A stretch of DNA of 64,000 nt from Verrucomicrobiota bacterium (GTDB lineage: Bacteria > Verrucomicrobiota > Verrucomicrobiia > Opitutales > Coraliomargaritaceae): the NCBI GenBank assembly GCA_039815375.1, contig JBCBZJ010000001.1, forward strand, positions 224,001 to 288,000, read 5' to 3'. The number at the start of each line of letters is the position of its first letter. The stretch's first letter is position 1. A program made the translations under genes and the position numbers. This document shows positions 20,913 to 29,866 of the stretch, piece after piece. The notes below the pieces were generated by a model. It was not told the origin of the DNA. It did no database searches and saw only the letters and a program-made list of their open reading frames with translations.

Positions 20913-21353
20913 ATGAGTCAGAAAGGAACCCTCGAAGAGATGCATCGATTGGCGAATTCAATTCGGCGCACTTACAATCGCCTCTATTCGGTGACAGATG
21001 CGATCCACTCAGATTCGAGTCTGAGCGCGCCAAAGCGTACTTTGCTTTTGGATATCCACCGAGAAGGAGAGCTGACCATACCTGCCCTCGCGAAGCTGCG
21101 TTGCGTCAGTCGGCAGATCATCCAAACACAAGTCAACGAGCTGATCAGCGCCGGATTCGTAGAAACAAAGGTCAACCCGAATCACAAGCGTTCATTCCTC
21201 CTCGCGCTCACTTCTTCAGGGAAGAAGACGATACGAGAGCTCGTTGCGCGGGAGTCAGAATTCATTGAGCAGCTCGGATGGTTTCCGGACGCAGATGCCC
21301 TGTCCCATTGCCAAGAAGTTCTCGATCAAATCTACGAAAAACTGGATTTGTAA
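20913..21353 (+). CDS. MarR-family regulator
   Basis: LTIPALAKLRCVSRQIIQTQVNELISAGFVE..NPNHKRS..LTSSG. Confidence 0.85.
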   Translation: MSQKGTLEEMHRLANSIRRTYNRLYSVTDAIHSDSSLSAPKRTLLLDIHREGELTIPALAKLRCVSRQIIQTQVNELISAGFVETKVNPNHKRSFLLALTSSGKKTIRELVARESEFIEQLGWFPDADALSHCQEVLDQIYEKLDL

Positions 21354-21467
21354 GCCGTTTGGCAGGTGATGCTTCATTTTGGGTTTCGCGTAGGCCTTAT
21401 AGCTGGTTCGTGGGGATACGGGCATTCTCCGATTCTTCATAACACATTCGGGTAGCGCTCAACACCG

Positions 21468-21570
21468 TGGCGGAGAGGACAGGATTTGAACCTCAGTATT
21501 TCGATTTTTAAAGTATTGAATGATAGATTTTACTGAAGGGGGAGTGGGTCTAGGCGACACATAGAAACAC
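21468..21570 (+). repeat. att-like site 1: tRNA-Ser-type 3' fragment + 59 bp + arm motif
   Basis: TGGCGGAGAGGACAGGATTTGAACCT (revcomp ...GGTTCAAATCCTGTCCTCTCCGCCA), then GGCGACACATAGAAACAC at 21553-21570. Confidence 0.75.
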
Positions 21571-21689
21571 AATCTTTTGGAGCGGTCTGGCGCTCAGCGG
21601 CTCGTATTTAATCAGATCTTGTCTGAAAGATGTTGCATGATCTGCTGCCAGCATCATCCGACATTCAGCAGGAGCGCCACCTATTTTCT

Positions 21690-22250
21690 GACGCGTTCGC
21701 GTCGTTTCGGAAAGGGCCTTTTAGTTAGAGAGATATTGGCACGTACGAATGGAAGGCCTTCTCATAGGTTTAGGATAGCTTCAGCAGCCTCGTCAGCATT
21801 TAATGCTATGATTACCCAGCCCCTTGAGTCTGCCCGTGAGCCATTGTATTCGGTCAGGCGGCGATGAGTGCGTCCGTAAGCTGCGTCGTAAAAGACCTTT
21901 GCGATTTCAGGGTGTGCTCTGGATTCTTCAAACATCAGTTCCGAGAATTGGATAATCTCGGGCTTATTCAAAAAAGCGAAAAGCTGCATGCCGAAACCTT
22001 CGAGTGTCTTTCAGAATGCATCGGCTGATTCGGGCAGATCGGAAAATCCAGACTCAAATTCGGCTCCGGCTGCCTCGACCACGGCGCGCAAAACTCCCGG
22101 CATCTCATCAAAGTACTTATAGATGCTCGTTTTGGATACGCTAGCTTAGCGGGCGAGTAAATCAGTCGAAACTTTTTCAAATCCATGCGAAAAAAATGAA
22201 CGCCGACCTGCAGTGAGGATTCGTTCGCGGGGATCGCCTTTCTTGGTGGG
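21690..22250 (-). pseudogene. TetR/AcrR-family regulator pseudogene
   Basis: Single frame: TKKGDPRERILTAGRRSFFSHGFEKVSTDLLAR*ASVSKTSIYKYF...ADAF*KTLEGFGMQLFAFL...AILNL*EGLPFVRA; stops at 22146-22148, 22011-22013 and 21762-21764; ends approximate. Confidence 0.8.
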
Positions 22251-22476
22251 GGTTAGTGGTTCTGAAGTTGCGGACCTCAAGAAGAAACTGTAGTCTTGGC
22301 AGCCCAACGTAAACGCGCCAGCGGAACCGGAACGAAAAGGTAATTCAGGCTATCAGGGTCTTGATAGAATCAGTCCTGTTTTCCATTTTCTGGTCGAGTG
22401 ACGGTTTGATCGCATTGGTCTCTGAAATTAGAAGCGGGGGATCGAAAGACTTAAGTAGGATAAAATCCGAATCTGC

Positions 22477-22941
22477 TCATTTCACCTTGTGAATAACACC
22501 TTTAAACTGTTGGGATAAGTCATCGAGAATCTTAACAGCATTCCTCGCCTTTTGCTCTCCATAATTTTCGGACAACGATACGATCGCTTCGCCCATCTTA
22601 CGGTACAGACTGCCCAGTTTTTGATAGGCCATCGGTGTTAACTCAATTAGGATAGACCTGCGATCCTTCGGGTGCGCTTTCCGTTTTATAAACTCACGTT
22701 TTTCCAGCCGATCCTGTAGTGCAGTCACGCTGCCGGTCGTCAGACCTAACTTATCAGCTATGTCTTTTGATAGAAGAGGTCCGTTTTCTAACAGATTCAA
22801 ACAGCGAAGGTCGTTACGCGAAATTTGGACTTTTTCTGCGATCATTGAGTCAAATGAATCGATGGCCGCATGTAACTCGCGACAAGCTTGAACGAGTCCA
22901 TGATTATCATTCGGGGCTTCTGGGTTGTCGTTGTTCGTCAT
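22477..22941 (-). CDS. MarR-family regulator
   Basis: ISRNDLRCLNLL..GPL..DIADKLGLTTGSVTALQDRLE..HPKDRRS. Confidence 0.9.
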   Translation of the reverse strand: MTNNDNPEAPNDNHGLVQACRELHAAIDSFDSMIAEKVQISRNDLRCLNLLENGPLLSKDIADKLGLTTGSVTALQDRLEKREFIKRKAHPKDRRSILIELTPMAYQKLGSLYRKMGEAIVSLSENYGEQKARNAVKILDDLSQQFKGVIHKVK

Positions 22942-22968
22942 GGGTACGGTTATAGATTGTTAATCAAG

Positions 22969-22987
22969 TATCTTGACAATCAAGTTA
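22969..22987. promoter_or_regulatory. MarR-type operator
   Basis: TATCTTGA-CAA-TCAAGTTA near-palindrome in the 66-bp divergent gap. Confidence 0.55.
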
Positions 22988-23007
22988 AATAGGCTCAGAT
23001 AACTTTT

Positions 23008-23565
23008 ATGTTCATTATCGGATTCGTATCTGGGGCTTTAATTGGTCTTATTTTACTATTTGTATTCACGCCACGGCTTGTCGAATATGTGGAAACTGTT
23101 TCTATAAAAGGAAATTCGACACAGATTTATGACGCGATCCGATTTCAAGAGTCTCTGATGCAATGGTCATCATGGCCAAGCGAAACGCAGTCTACATGTT
23201 ACGTCGAAGCAAAAGACGGAGAGCTGGGAGCTACGACTGTGTTTGTCGATAAGAAAGGGAATCGATTTGGTCATCAAGAGATGGTGAAGATAGAACCTGA
23301 TGTTCACGTGAGTTTTCGACTGGAAAGTAAAGGTCCTCCTCACCGTCCAAATCTGGATTTTTATATCACGGAAGGCTCTAAAGGAATGTGCACGGTGGTA
23401 ATGTCTTTTAGAAATCATATTTCGGCTCCTTTTCATGTTTTCCTACGAGTATTCGGTATCATCCGTTGGACTCGTGCGATGCATTTGAAGGACCTTGATG
23501 GCTTGAAACGTTTTGTCGAAGATTCGGTTACGTATGAGGGACAACCCATTCAGCGGAAAGCATAA
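23008..23565 (+). CDS. SRPBCC/polyketide cyclase-like (START fold) protein with N-terminal membrane anchor
   Basis: TM start, WSSWPS, DGELGAT, C-terminal KDLDGLKRFVE helix. Confidence 0.7.
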   Translation: MFIIGFVSGALIGLILLFVFTPRLVEYVETVSIKGNSTQIYDAIRFQESLMQWSSWPSETQSTCYVEAKDGELGATTVFVDKKGNRFGHQEMVKIEPDVHVSFRLESKGPPHRPNLDFYITEGSKGMCTVVMSFRNHISAPFHVFLRVFGIIRWTRAMHLKDLDGLKRFVEDSVTYEGQPIQRKA

Positions 23566-24091
23566 CCCATGGAAGCGTTCATACCCCTACTACTTTGAGG
23601 CCGTATTGGAGCGCTTCGGAGTCGGAAAAAACAGGGTAATTTGGTATAACGTTCTATTCCTTAACGAAGGTTTAAGGAAGAAACTGCCTTTCGATGAGTT
23701 TCCGCGTTTACGAGTCGAAGGCACGATTGCTAATATTCCTGTGGAGAATGCATTTATTCCCTCAGGCGATGGGAGGTATTACGTAATCGTCTCTCCACGG
23801 GTTATAAATGACGCGAGAATCGCTATCGGTGAGAGTGTCGAAATGTGCTTCCGAGTTGCTGACCAAAATAAGGTCGACATCCCCGAAATATTGGAGGCTG
23901 CAATTAATGAGGATCGCGACACCAAACGTCTATGGAGCGACCTGAGCCCAGGTAAGCAACGGATGCTTTGCCAACATGTGAAATCAGCGAAATCTGAAAC
24001 TACACAAGCTAAGCGCCTAGGCGAAGCACTAGAGATCTTGATCGATTTCAACGCAGATATAAAAATTTGGCGTGACCTACGTAAAAAGTGA
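23534..24091 (+). CDS. DUF1905 + YdeI/OmpD-associated protein; start ambiguous, possibly frameshifted
   Basis: PRLRVEGTI..IPVENAFIP..DGRYYVIV, VDIPEILEAA, WSDLSPGKQR..VKSAKSETTQAKR. The natural-looking ATG 23569 (MEAF) is 1 nt out of frame with YPYYFEA. Confidence 0.7.
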   Translation: MRDNPFSGKHNPWKRSYPYYFEAVLERFGVGKNRVIWYNVLFLNEGLRKKLPFDEFPRLRVEGTIANIPVENAFIPSGDGRYYVIVSPRVINDARIAIGESVEMCFRVADQNKVDIPEILEAAINEDRDTKRLWSDLSPGKQRMLCQHVKSAKSETTQAKRLGEALEILIDFNADIKIWRDLRKK

Positions 24092-24304
24092 CTAAAATAA
24101 TTTCATCAAAAGATCTGTTCCTCGTTCGGATAAACGAAAAATTTCCGTGGGTTAAATGCTTTGTATGTAAACGCTCAAACGGGCTTACAAAGCACGTTTA
24201 TTGTTATCACTTTTGAGGCAACCATGGGCTTGGCGTTTCCTCCCTGAGTCAAAATACGCACCCTGCAGAAAAATAACTGCTTATAATTTAGAGTTTGTTG
24301 AAGG

Positions 24305-24398
24305 CAACAGGGTAGAAAACTATCGACTTTTTGCGTAAGTCGTTGAATGCCAGAGCGGCTTTCTGGGCGATTGCGAATTGGGACACACATAGGGAAAC
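24305..24398 (+). repeat. att-like site 2 (non-tRNA spacer core + IHF-like site + arm)
   Basis: CAACAGG-GTAGAAA-ACTATCG, ACTTTTTGCGTAAGTCGTTGAAT, 59 bp to GGACACACATAGGGAAAC (24381-24398). Confidence 0.75.
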
Positions 24399-24509
24399 AA
24401 AAAGTCTATTTTTGGGGTAATCTTACCGATTTTAGTAAAATTCGAGATAAAGCTAAAAATCTCCTAAGTCTCTGACTTAAAGTTTCATCGAAATTCGAAA
24501 AAAACAAAA

Positions 24510-24611
24510 TGGTCGGGCCGACAGGATTTGAACCTCTGTCTGTAAATTCGATACTCCTTGTGTGTAATAACTAAATGCCTGTGCAAGTTCTATGGACACA
24601 CATAGGGATAC
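24510..24611 (+). repeat. att-like site 3: exact 26-bp tRNA-Pro 3' copy + 58 bp + arm
   Basis: TGGTCGGGCCGACAGGATTTGAACCT is identical to 32683-32708; GGACACACATAGGGATAC at 24594-24611. Confidence 0.9.
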
Positions 24612-24764
24612 AATCTGTTGGCGCGATTGGACATGCAGTGTCGCATTTGATCTGCGTAGCCTGATAGGAATTCGCTTAAATTTAGGACACTCTTGTGTGT
24701 GATTCCGCGAGAATCTTTCCTTTATGTTCACAGTCGAATGAGAACCTTTACATTTGTTTAGAAT

Positions 24765-24793
24765 GTGACACGCAACTGTCGCTTTTTCTTCAG
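24765..24793 (+). promoter_or_regulatory. Possible Pho-box-like 11-bp-phased repeats upstream of the phosphatase
   Basis: GTGACAC-N4-CTGTCGC-N4-TCTTCAG vs CTGTCAY consensus. Confidence 0.3.
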
Positions 24794-24877
24794 ATAGAAT
24801 ACGTCAAGATGAAACAAAGTGAGTGTATGCTAATAATCTTTGATTCTCGAAGTTTCAGCTATCCATAACTCAAAATC

Positions 24878-27800
24878 ATGACGAAAAAAATTATCCATCT
24901 TATCACAGGGATGAGCCTGGCAGCATGTCTATCTCAGGCGCAAGTTGATTACACGCTGCAGGTCCTGCATGCTTCCGACCTCGAAGGAGGAACCGAAGCG
25001 ATTGGCCGTGCACCAAACTTTGCTGCGCTTGTAGAATATTACGAGAACAACAATTCTGCAGATGGCACAGTCATCCTCTCGGCAGGAGACAACTATATCC
25101 CGGGTCCGTTTTTCAATGCATCAACTGACTTTGGTGTCGTCGGTCCGCTCACGCTTGCTTACGAGACGCTCTTCGGCGAATCCCTCACTGATGATGTTGA
25201 AGGAAGCGAGATCGAAACGCGTTCTGGTGCGATCGACATTACGATCATGAACATTATCGGTTTCGATGCCTCGGCTCTTGGTAATCACGAATTCGACCTT
25301 GGCTCCGAGATCCTCCGCGACCTGCTCGAAGAAGAGTTCGATGATGACCGAGTGAACGATTCTTCAATTATTGATCCAGCAGAAATCGAGTGGCCTGGCG
25401 CTCAGTTCCCTTACCTATCTGCGAACTTGGATTTTTCAGGAGATGATGCGCTCACTGGAATTTTCACAAGTGATATCCTTGCGCGCTCCGCGTTTACAAT
25501 GACGCCTGCTGAAGCAGCGGCATTTAAGTTTCCAATTCCTCAGGACGATTCCACAAAGATCGCGCCGGCTACAATCATTGCGGTCAATGGTGAGTATATT
25601 GGTGTCGTTGGTGCGACGACTCAACGCCTGAACATCATCTCCTCGCCGTCCGGCACAACAGTGATCGGTGCGATGGATAATGACATCGCGCTGCTCGCCA
25701 CACAGATCCAGGCAACGGTCGATCAGGTTCTCCTTGGCCTTGATGGAACAGATGGTACCGCAGACGATGTCAACAAGGTGATCCTTGTGACTCACCTCCA
25801 ACAGATCAGCCTCGAAACGCAACTTGCCGGGTTGCTGACCGATGTCGACGTAATCATTGCCGGTGGATCAGACACACTTCTTGCGGATGGTGACGACACA
25901 CTTCGCTCAGGCGACACGGCAGACGATGTTTATCCGGTCGTGGTCGAGGATTCTGAAAGTAATGACACGCTCATCGTCAGCACGGACGGTGAATACAGCT
26001 ACCTCGGTCGGTTGAACGTGCCATTCGATGTGAATGGACTCGTCCTGACAGATGAGCTGGATACAGCAATCAATGGCCCCGTCGCGACCACAGATTCTGA
26101 AGTGGTTAATCTCTGGGGTGATCTGGACACTGCATTTGCAGCAGGAACTAAGGCTGCTGAAGTTGAATTGCTGGTTGACCCAGTCACTGGCATCGTAGCG
26201 GTCGAAGATGGCGACGTTGCTGGATACACTGCAGTCTTCCTCGACGGTGCTCGTGAGTCTGTCAGAACCGAAGAAACGAATCTTGGTAACCTTTCAGCAG
26301 ACGCCAATTTGTGGAGAGCTCGCCAGTTCGATCCGTCTGTTGACGTTTCAATCAAGAACGGTGGTGGCCTTCGTGCGATCATCGGGCAGATCGACGGAGT
26401 GACCGGTGAACTGCTTGTTCCACAAGCAAATCCAAATGCGACACCTCCTAAGCCAGAGGGCGCGATCTCCGCTCTGGATATTGCCAACTCAGCGCGTTTC
26501 AACAACACTCTCACGCTTCTCGATCTTTCCGTTCAAGACCTACTTGAAGTTCTTGAGCACGCCTATGCAGGAAGCTTCGAAGGCGAAACTCCAGGTCGCT
26601 TTGCGCAACTTGGTGGCCTGCAGGTGTCTTTCACTCCTCCAGTTGAAGCGACTAACGACACGCCACAAGTTGATGTCGTCATCAACTCTTTCGCCCTTAT
26701 CAATGACGAGGGTGACGTGACTGAAGTGCTTTACGAAAATAGTGAGTTCCAAGTCAGTGCATCCCGTGAGATTCGTATCGTCACACTGAACTTCCTTGCG
26801 GGTGGCGGTGATGGTTATCCATTTGAGGATCTTGGCTCGAACGAAGCATCCGTTACTGTTTTCAACAGCGTAACATCTGAGAATGACAATGTTGGCGAAC
26901 AAGAGGCACTCTACGAGTATCTTCAAGCGAACTTCGGCACGCCAGAGCTCGCTTACAGCACACCGGAGTTCGATCCGACCATGGACGCTCGTGTTCAAAA
27001 TCTCACTGAACGCTTCGATACAGTTGGTATTAATCAGCCTGTTGAGCCAGCTGGAGCTCTTCGTCTGACTCCAGTTGCAACTTATAGCTCAGGGGTCTTC
27101 GATGATTCGGCTGCTGAAATCGTAGCCCATGATGCCGACTCTCAGCGTCTTTTCGTAGTCAGCAGTGCAGGCTCCATCGTCCGTGTGCTTGATGCAAGTG
27201 ACCCGGAAGGAAGCGGTCTCCCTCAGATCAACAGTATCGCAGCGCCGCTTGCTAACTTCGTTCCGAATAGTGTCGATACCTTCGATGGTCCTCTTGGTCG
27301 TGCGGTAGCAGTCGCTTGGGCTGATGATACCGGTGTTGCAGGTCGAGGAGTCGTGACACTCTACGATCCAGACACGCTCGCGCAAATTGGTAGCAACATC
27401 ACCGTTGGCTTCCTTCCTGATATGCTCACCTTTACTCCTGACGGCAGCGAGATTGTCGTTGCCAATGAAGGTGAAGTCGTCGGAGGCACGAACCCGGTCG
27501 GTTCTGTTTCGATCATCGAGTTCAGCGGTTCCTATGGAAGCGCCACTCACACAGAAGTTGGCTTTGACCGTTGGAATCGTCGCGAGCGCATCCTCCGTGC
27601 ACGTGGTATCCTGCTGACTCAAGTCGATGAGGGCGTCGCCGCCAACGTGGCTCAGGATCTTGAGCCGGAGTATGTTGCCGTCACTGAAGACGGTCGCTAT
27701 GCTTGGGTTTCGCTTCAAGAGAACAATGCGGTCGCGTTGATCGATATCAACCGCAAGCGCCTGCGTAACATCATCCCACTCGGCACTGTCGACCACAGTC

Positions 27801-28639
27801 TTGCAAATAGCATTCTGGATGCGAGTGATCGTGATGGTGGTATCAATATCACAACAGAGCCGCTCAAGGGCCTTCGCCAGCCTGACTCGATTGCGGCAAT
27901 GACCTACAACGGCAGAAACTATCTGTTTACTGCAAATGAAGGTGATGCCCGCGACTTCGAAGAGATTCGCTTCAAGGATATCGGAGATCTAGATGAGACG
28001 ACCTACACGTTTGATCCTGCTGTGTTTGGAACACTTTCGCCGCTGCAGGCTGATGACGAACTTGGTCGTCTTGAAATCAATCAGGTCGCCAGTGATACGG
28101 ACCGCGATGGTGATATCGATGAGATAATAACTTTCGGTGGTCGCTCGATGACGATCTATCAAGCACCAGCCTCCGGTCGTTTCCGCGCTATCCGTGATAC
28201 AGGTTCGGACATCGAGTCCTATACCGCATCGCGTTTCGCAAACGTCTTCAACTCTAATAATGACGACAATGATTCCTTCGAGAGTCGCTCCGATGCAAAG
28301 GGTGCTGAACCTGAAGCGCTAACCTTGGCAGAGATCGATGGACGTAAGTTTGCCTTCCTCGGACTCGAGCGTCAGAGCGCGATCATGGTCTATGATGTAA
28401 CGGATCCACGTCGTCCTTCCTTCGAGAATTACGTGAGCAATCGCGTCTATGTCGATGGTGATGGCGAATTCCTGAATGTAGAAACTCCTGCTGGTCTCGC
28501 TGCTACAGGTGACCTTGGACCCGAGGGGATCGAGTTCATTTCTGCTTCGGTCAGTCCGATTTCAGGTGTGCCGATGATTGCCGTGGCCAACGAAGTCAGT
28601 GGCACGGTCACATTGTGGCGTATCGATTTCGGTATCTAG
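24878..28639 (+). CDS. Secreted 5'-nucleotidase/metallophosphoesterase fused to a choice-of-anchor I (atypical alkaline phosphatase-associated beta-propeller) domain
   Basis: Signal peptide; LHASDLEG, SAGDN, LGNHEFD, VTHLQ, VRTEETNLGNLSADA, NGGGLRA, FLAGGGDGYP; then SAAEIVAHD, PDMLTFTPDG..VANEGE, LEPEYV, LQENNA, TANEGDARD, GLERQ, DLGPEG, ANEVSG. Confidence 0.88.
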   Translation: MTKKIIHLITGMSLAACLSQAQVDYTLQVLHASDLEGGTEAIGRAPNFAALVEYYENNNSADGTVILSAGDNYIPGPFFNASTDFGVVGPLTLAYETLFGESLTDDVEGSEIETRSGAIDITIMNIIGFDASALGNHEFDLGSEILRDLLEEEFDDDRVNDSSIIDPAEIEWPGAQFPYLSANLDFSGDDALTGIFTSDILARSAFTMTPAEAAAFKFPIPQDDSTKIAPATIIAVNGEYIGVVGATTQRLNIISSPSGTTVIGAMDNDIALLATQIQATVDQVLLGLDGTDGTADDVNKVILVTHLQQISLETQLAGLLTDVDVIIAGGSDTLLADGDDTLRSGDTADDVYPVVVEDSESNDTLIVSTDGEYSYLGRLNVPFDVNGLVLTDELDTAINGPVATTDSEVVNLWGDLDTAFAAGTKAAEVELLVDPVTGIVAVEDGDVAGYTAVFLDGARESVRTEETNLGNLSADANLWRARQFDPSVDVSIKNGGGLRAIIGQIDGVTGELLVPQANPNATPPKPEGAISALDIANSARFNNTLTLLDLSVQDLLEVLEHAYAGSFEGETPGRFAQLGGLQVSFTPPVEATNDTPQVDVVINSFALINDEGDVTEVLYENSEFQVSASREIRIVTLNFLAGGGDGYPFEDLGSNEASVTVFNSVTSENDNVGEQEALYEYLQANFGTPELAYSTPEFDPTMDARVQNLTERFDTVGINQPVEPAGALRLTPVATYSSGVFDDSAAEIVAHDADSQRLFVVSSAGSIVRVLDASDPEGSGLPQINSIAAPLANFVPNSVDTFDGPLGRAVAVAWADDTGVAGRGVVTLYDPDTLAQIGSNITVGFLPDMLTFTPDGSEIVVANEGEVVGGTNPVGSVSIIEFSGSYGSATHTEVGFDRWNRRERILRARGILLTQVDEGVAANVAQDLEPEYVAVTEDGRYAWVSLQENNAVALIDINRKRLRNIIPLGTVDHSLANSILDASDRDGGINITTEPLKGLRQPDSIAAMTYNGRNYLFTANEGDARDFEEIRFKDIGDLDETTYTFDPAVFGTLSPLQADDELGRLEINQVASDTDRDGDIDEIITFGGRSMTIYQAPASGRFRAIRDTGSDIESYTASRFANVFNSNNDDNDSFESRSDAKGAEPEALTLAEIDGRKFAFLGLERQSAIMVYDVTDPRRPSFENYVSNRVYVDGDGEFLNVETPAGLAATGDLGPEGIEFISASVSPISGVPMIAVANEVSGTVTLWRIDFGI

Positions 28640-28714
28640 ACGAGAACTAATGCTTAACCAGGTCGCAGGACGTTCGACGCGCTCCGCGGCCAAACCTTTC
28701 AAAAATACTACAAT

Positions 28715-29269
28715 ATGAAAAAGATAGTTATTCTTACTGCGCTGCTGAGCAGCGTATCGCTACTCAGCGCGCAATCGTTCTTCCAGGTTTTTACCGGATC
28801 ATTCACCGATGGCACGCTTGCAGGGTTCACGATCGAAGGTGAATTCGAAATTGATCGGGCGGGTCAAACTTCGGGAACGGCCGAATATCTTCCTGTCGCA
28901 GGTCCGGAGATTTTGGCCTTCACTTTTGAAATCCTAGATCTTTCTTCGATGCTATTTACCGATTTCATCGAAACTGACGATCCTCTTGCCCTCGCTACCT
29001 TCGATATCATTGCACCTTCGACTGATCCACAGGTCACGACCTTCGACTTCGTTGGAACAAATTTTGCCGGAGAGTCGCTCGACTTCTTCTATGACGCGTT
29101 TGCAGCTACACCAGACATGGTCTTTGCCGTGTCGTTTGACGATGGACTTGGTGATGTCTCCAACGCAACGCTTGATCTGGCCGTCAACGTTCCAGAGCCT
29201 GGAACCTATGCCCTCATCATGGGGGTTGTGGCGACGGGTCTTATTGTAGGACGTCGTCGCCGAGGATAA
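28715..29269 (+). CDS. PEP-CTERM exosortase-substrate protein
   Basis: Signal peptide; C-terminal VPEPGTYALIMGVVATGLIVGRRRRG. Confidence 0.92.
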   Translation: MKKIVILTALLSSVSLLSAQSFFQVFTGSFTDGTLAGFTIEGEFEIDRAGQTSGTAEYLPVAGPEILAFTFEILDLSSMLFTDFIETDDPLALATFDIIAPSTDPQVTTFDFVGTNFAGESLDFFYDAFAATPDMVFAVSFDDGLGDVSNATLDLAVNVPEPGTYALIMGVVATGLIVGRRRRG

Positions 29270-29304
29270 GTTTTAGAATTCTCGACTGATCTAAGTTACT
29301 TTAG

Positions 29305-29335
29305 AATCGGATGGGTTACACCATCCGATTTTTTT
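29305..29335 (+). terminator. Rho-independent terminator
   Basis: AATCGGATGG-GTTACA-CCATCCGATT-TTTTT. Confidence 0.8.
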
Positions 29336-29506
29336 GTATGCACACGGAAGAGAGTAGAGTGGGGACAAGCGGTAGAAGCAGTGAATCGAACTTAGTCAAA
29401 GATTGACGAGAATGCTTCGAAAATCGGCACCGAGAGAGCAAAAAAAGGCAGACTCAAAGTCTAAAAGATTTTCACCAAAAGCTCGTTTATGCTTCGTAGC
29501 TGGATA

Positions 29507-29600
29507 TGACGGGGTGTAAACCTGTCGGCTTTTTGTGTAAGTCTTTGAATATCAATCCAGACATTTGGCTGACCTCTAACATGGACACACATAGGGACAC
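29507..29600 (+). repeat. att-like site 4 (non-tRNA spacer core + IHF-like site + arm)
   Basis: TGACGGG-GTGTAAA-CCTGTCG, GCTTTTTGTGTAAGTCTTTGAAT, 59 bp to GGACACACATAGGGACAC (29583-29600). Confidence 0.8.
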
Positions 29601-29866
29601 TACATTTTGGTAGGGATCGTCCTTGATAGGCAGAGTTCGGCCGCCTTGATTTTTAGTCATTGAAGCACTTCGCTCAATTAACTGCACAGTAAGACATAAG
29701 TTGGGTAGAGCTTAAGTGGAAATTCAACAATTCACAAATCATGAAATGTTTACCTAGTGTTAAGTGGATGTTTCGCTTTGTGCTATCGAAGCTAACTGTT
29801 AATTAAATGTTAAAAAATTCATCTATCTAATTATTCTTTAATGATTAAGATCGCCCTTTACCGGTT

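Noticed and set aside
24510..24535. Additional tRNA genes at 24510, 21468 or 7665
   Set aside because: Only the T-arm and acceptor 3' strand are present; no D or anticodon arms.
24477..24731. 84-aa ORF (also 24175-24390, 29487-29687, 32155-32427, 32571-32786)
   Set aside because: These overlap att-like repeats or the tRNA; similarity among them reflects the DNA repeat, not protein.
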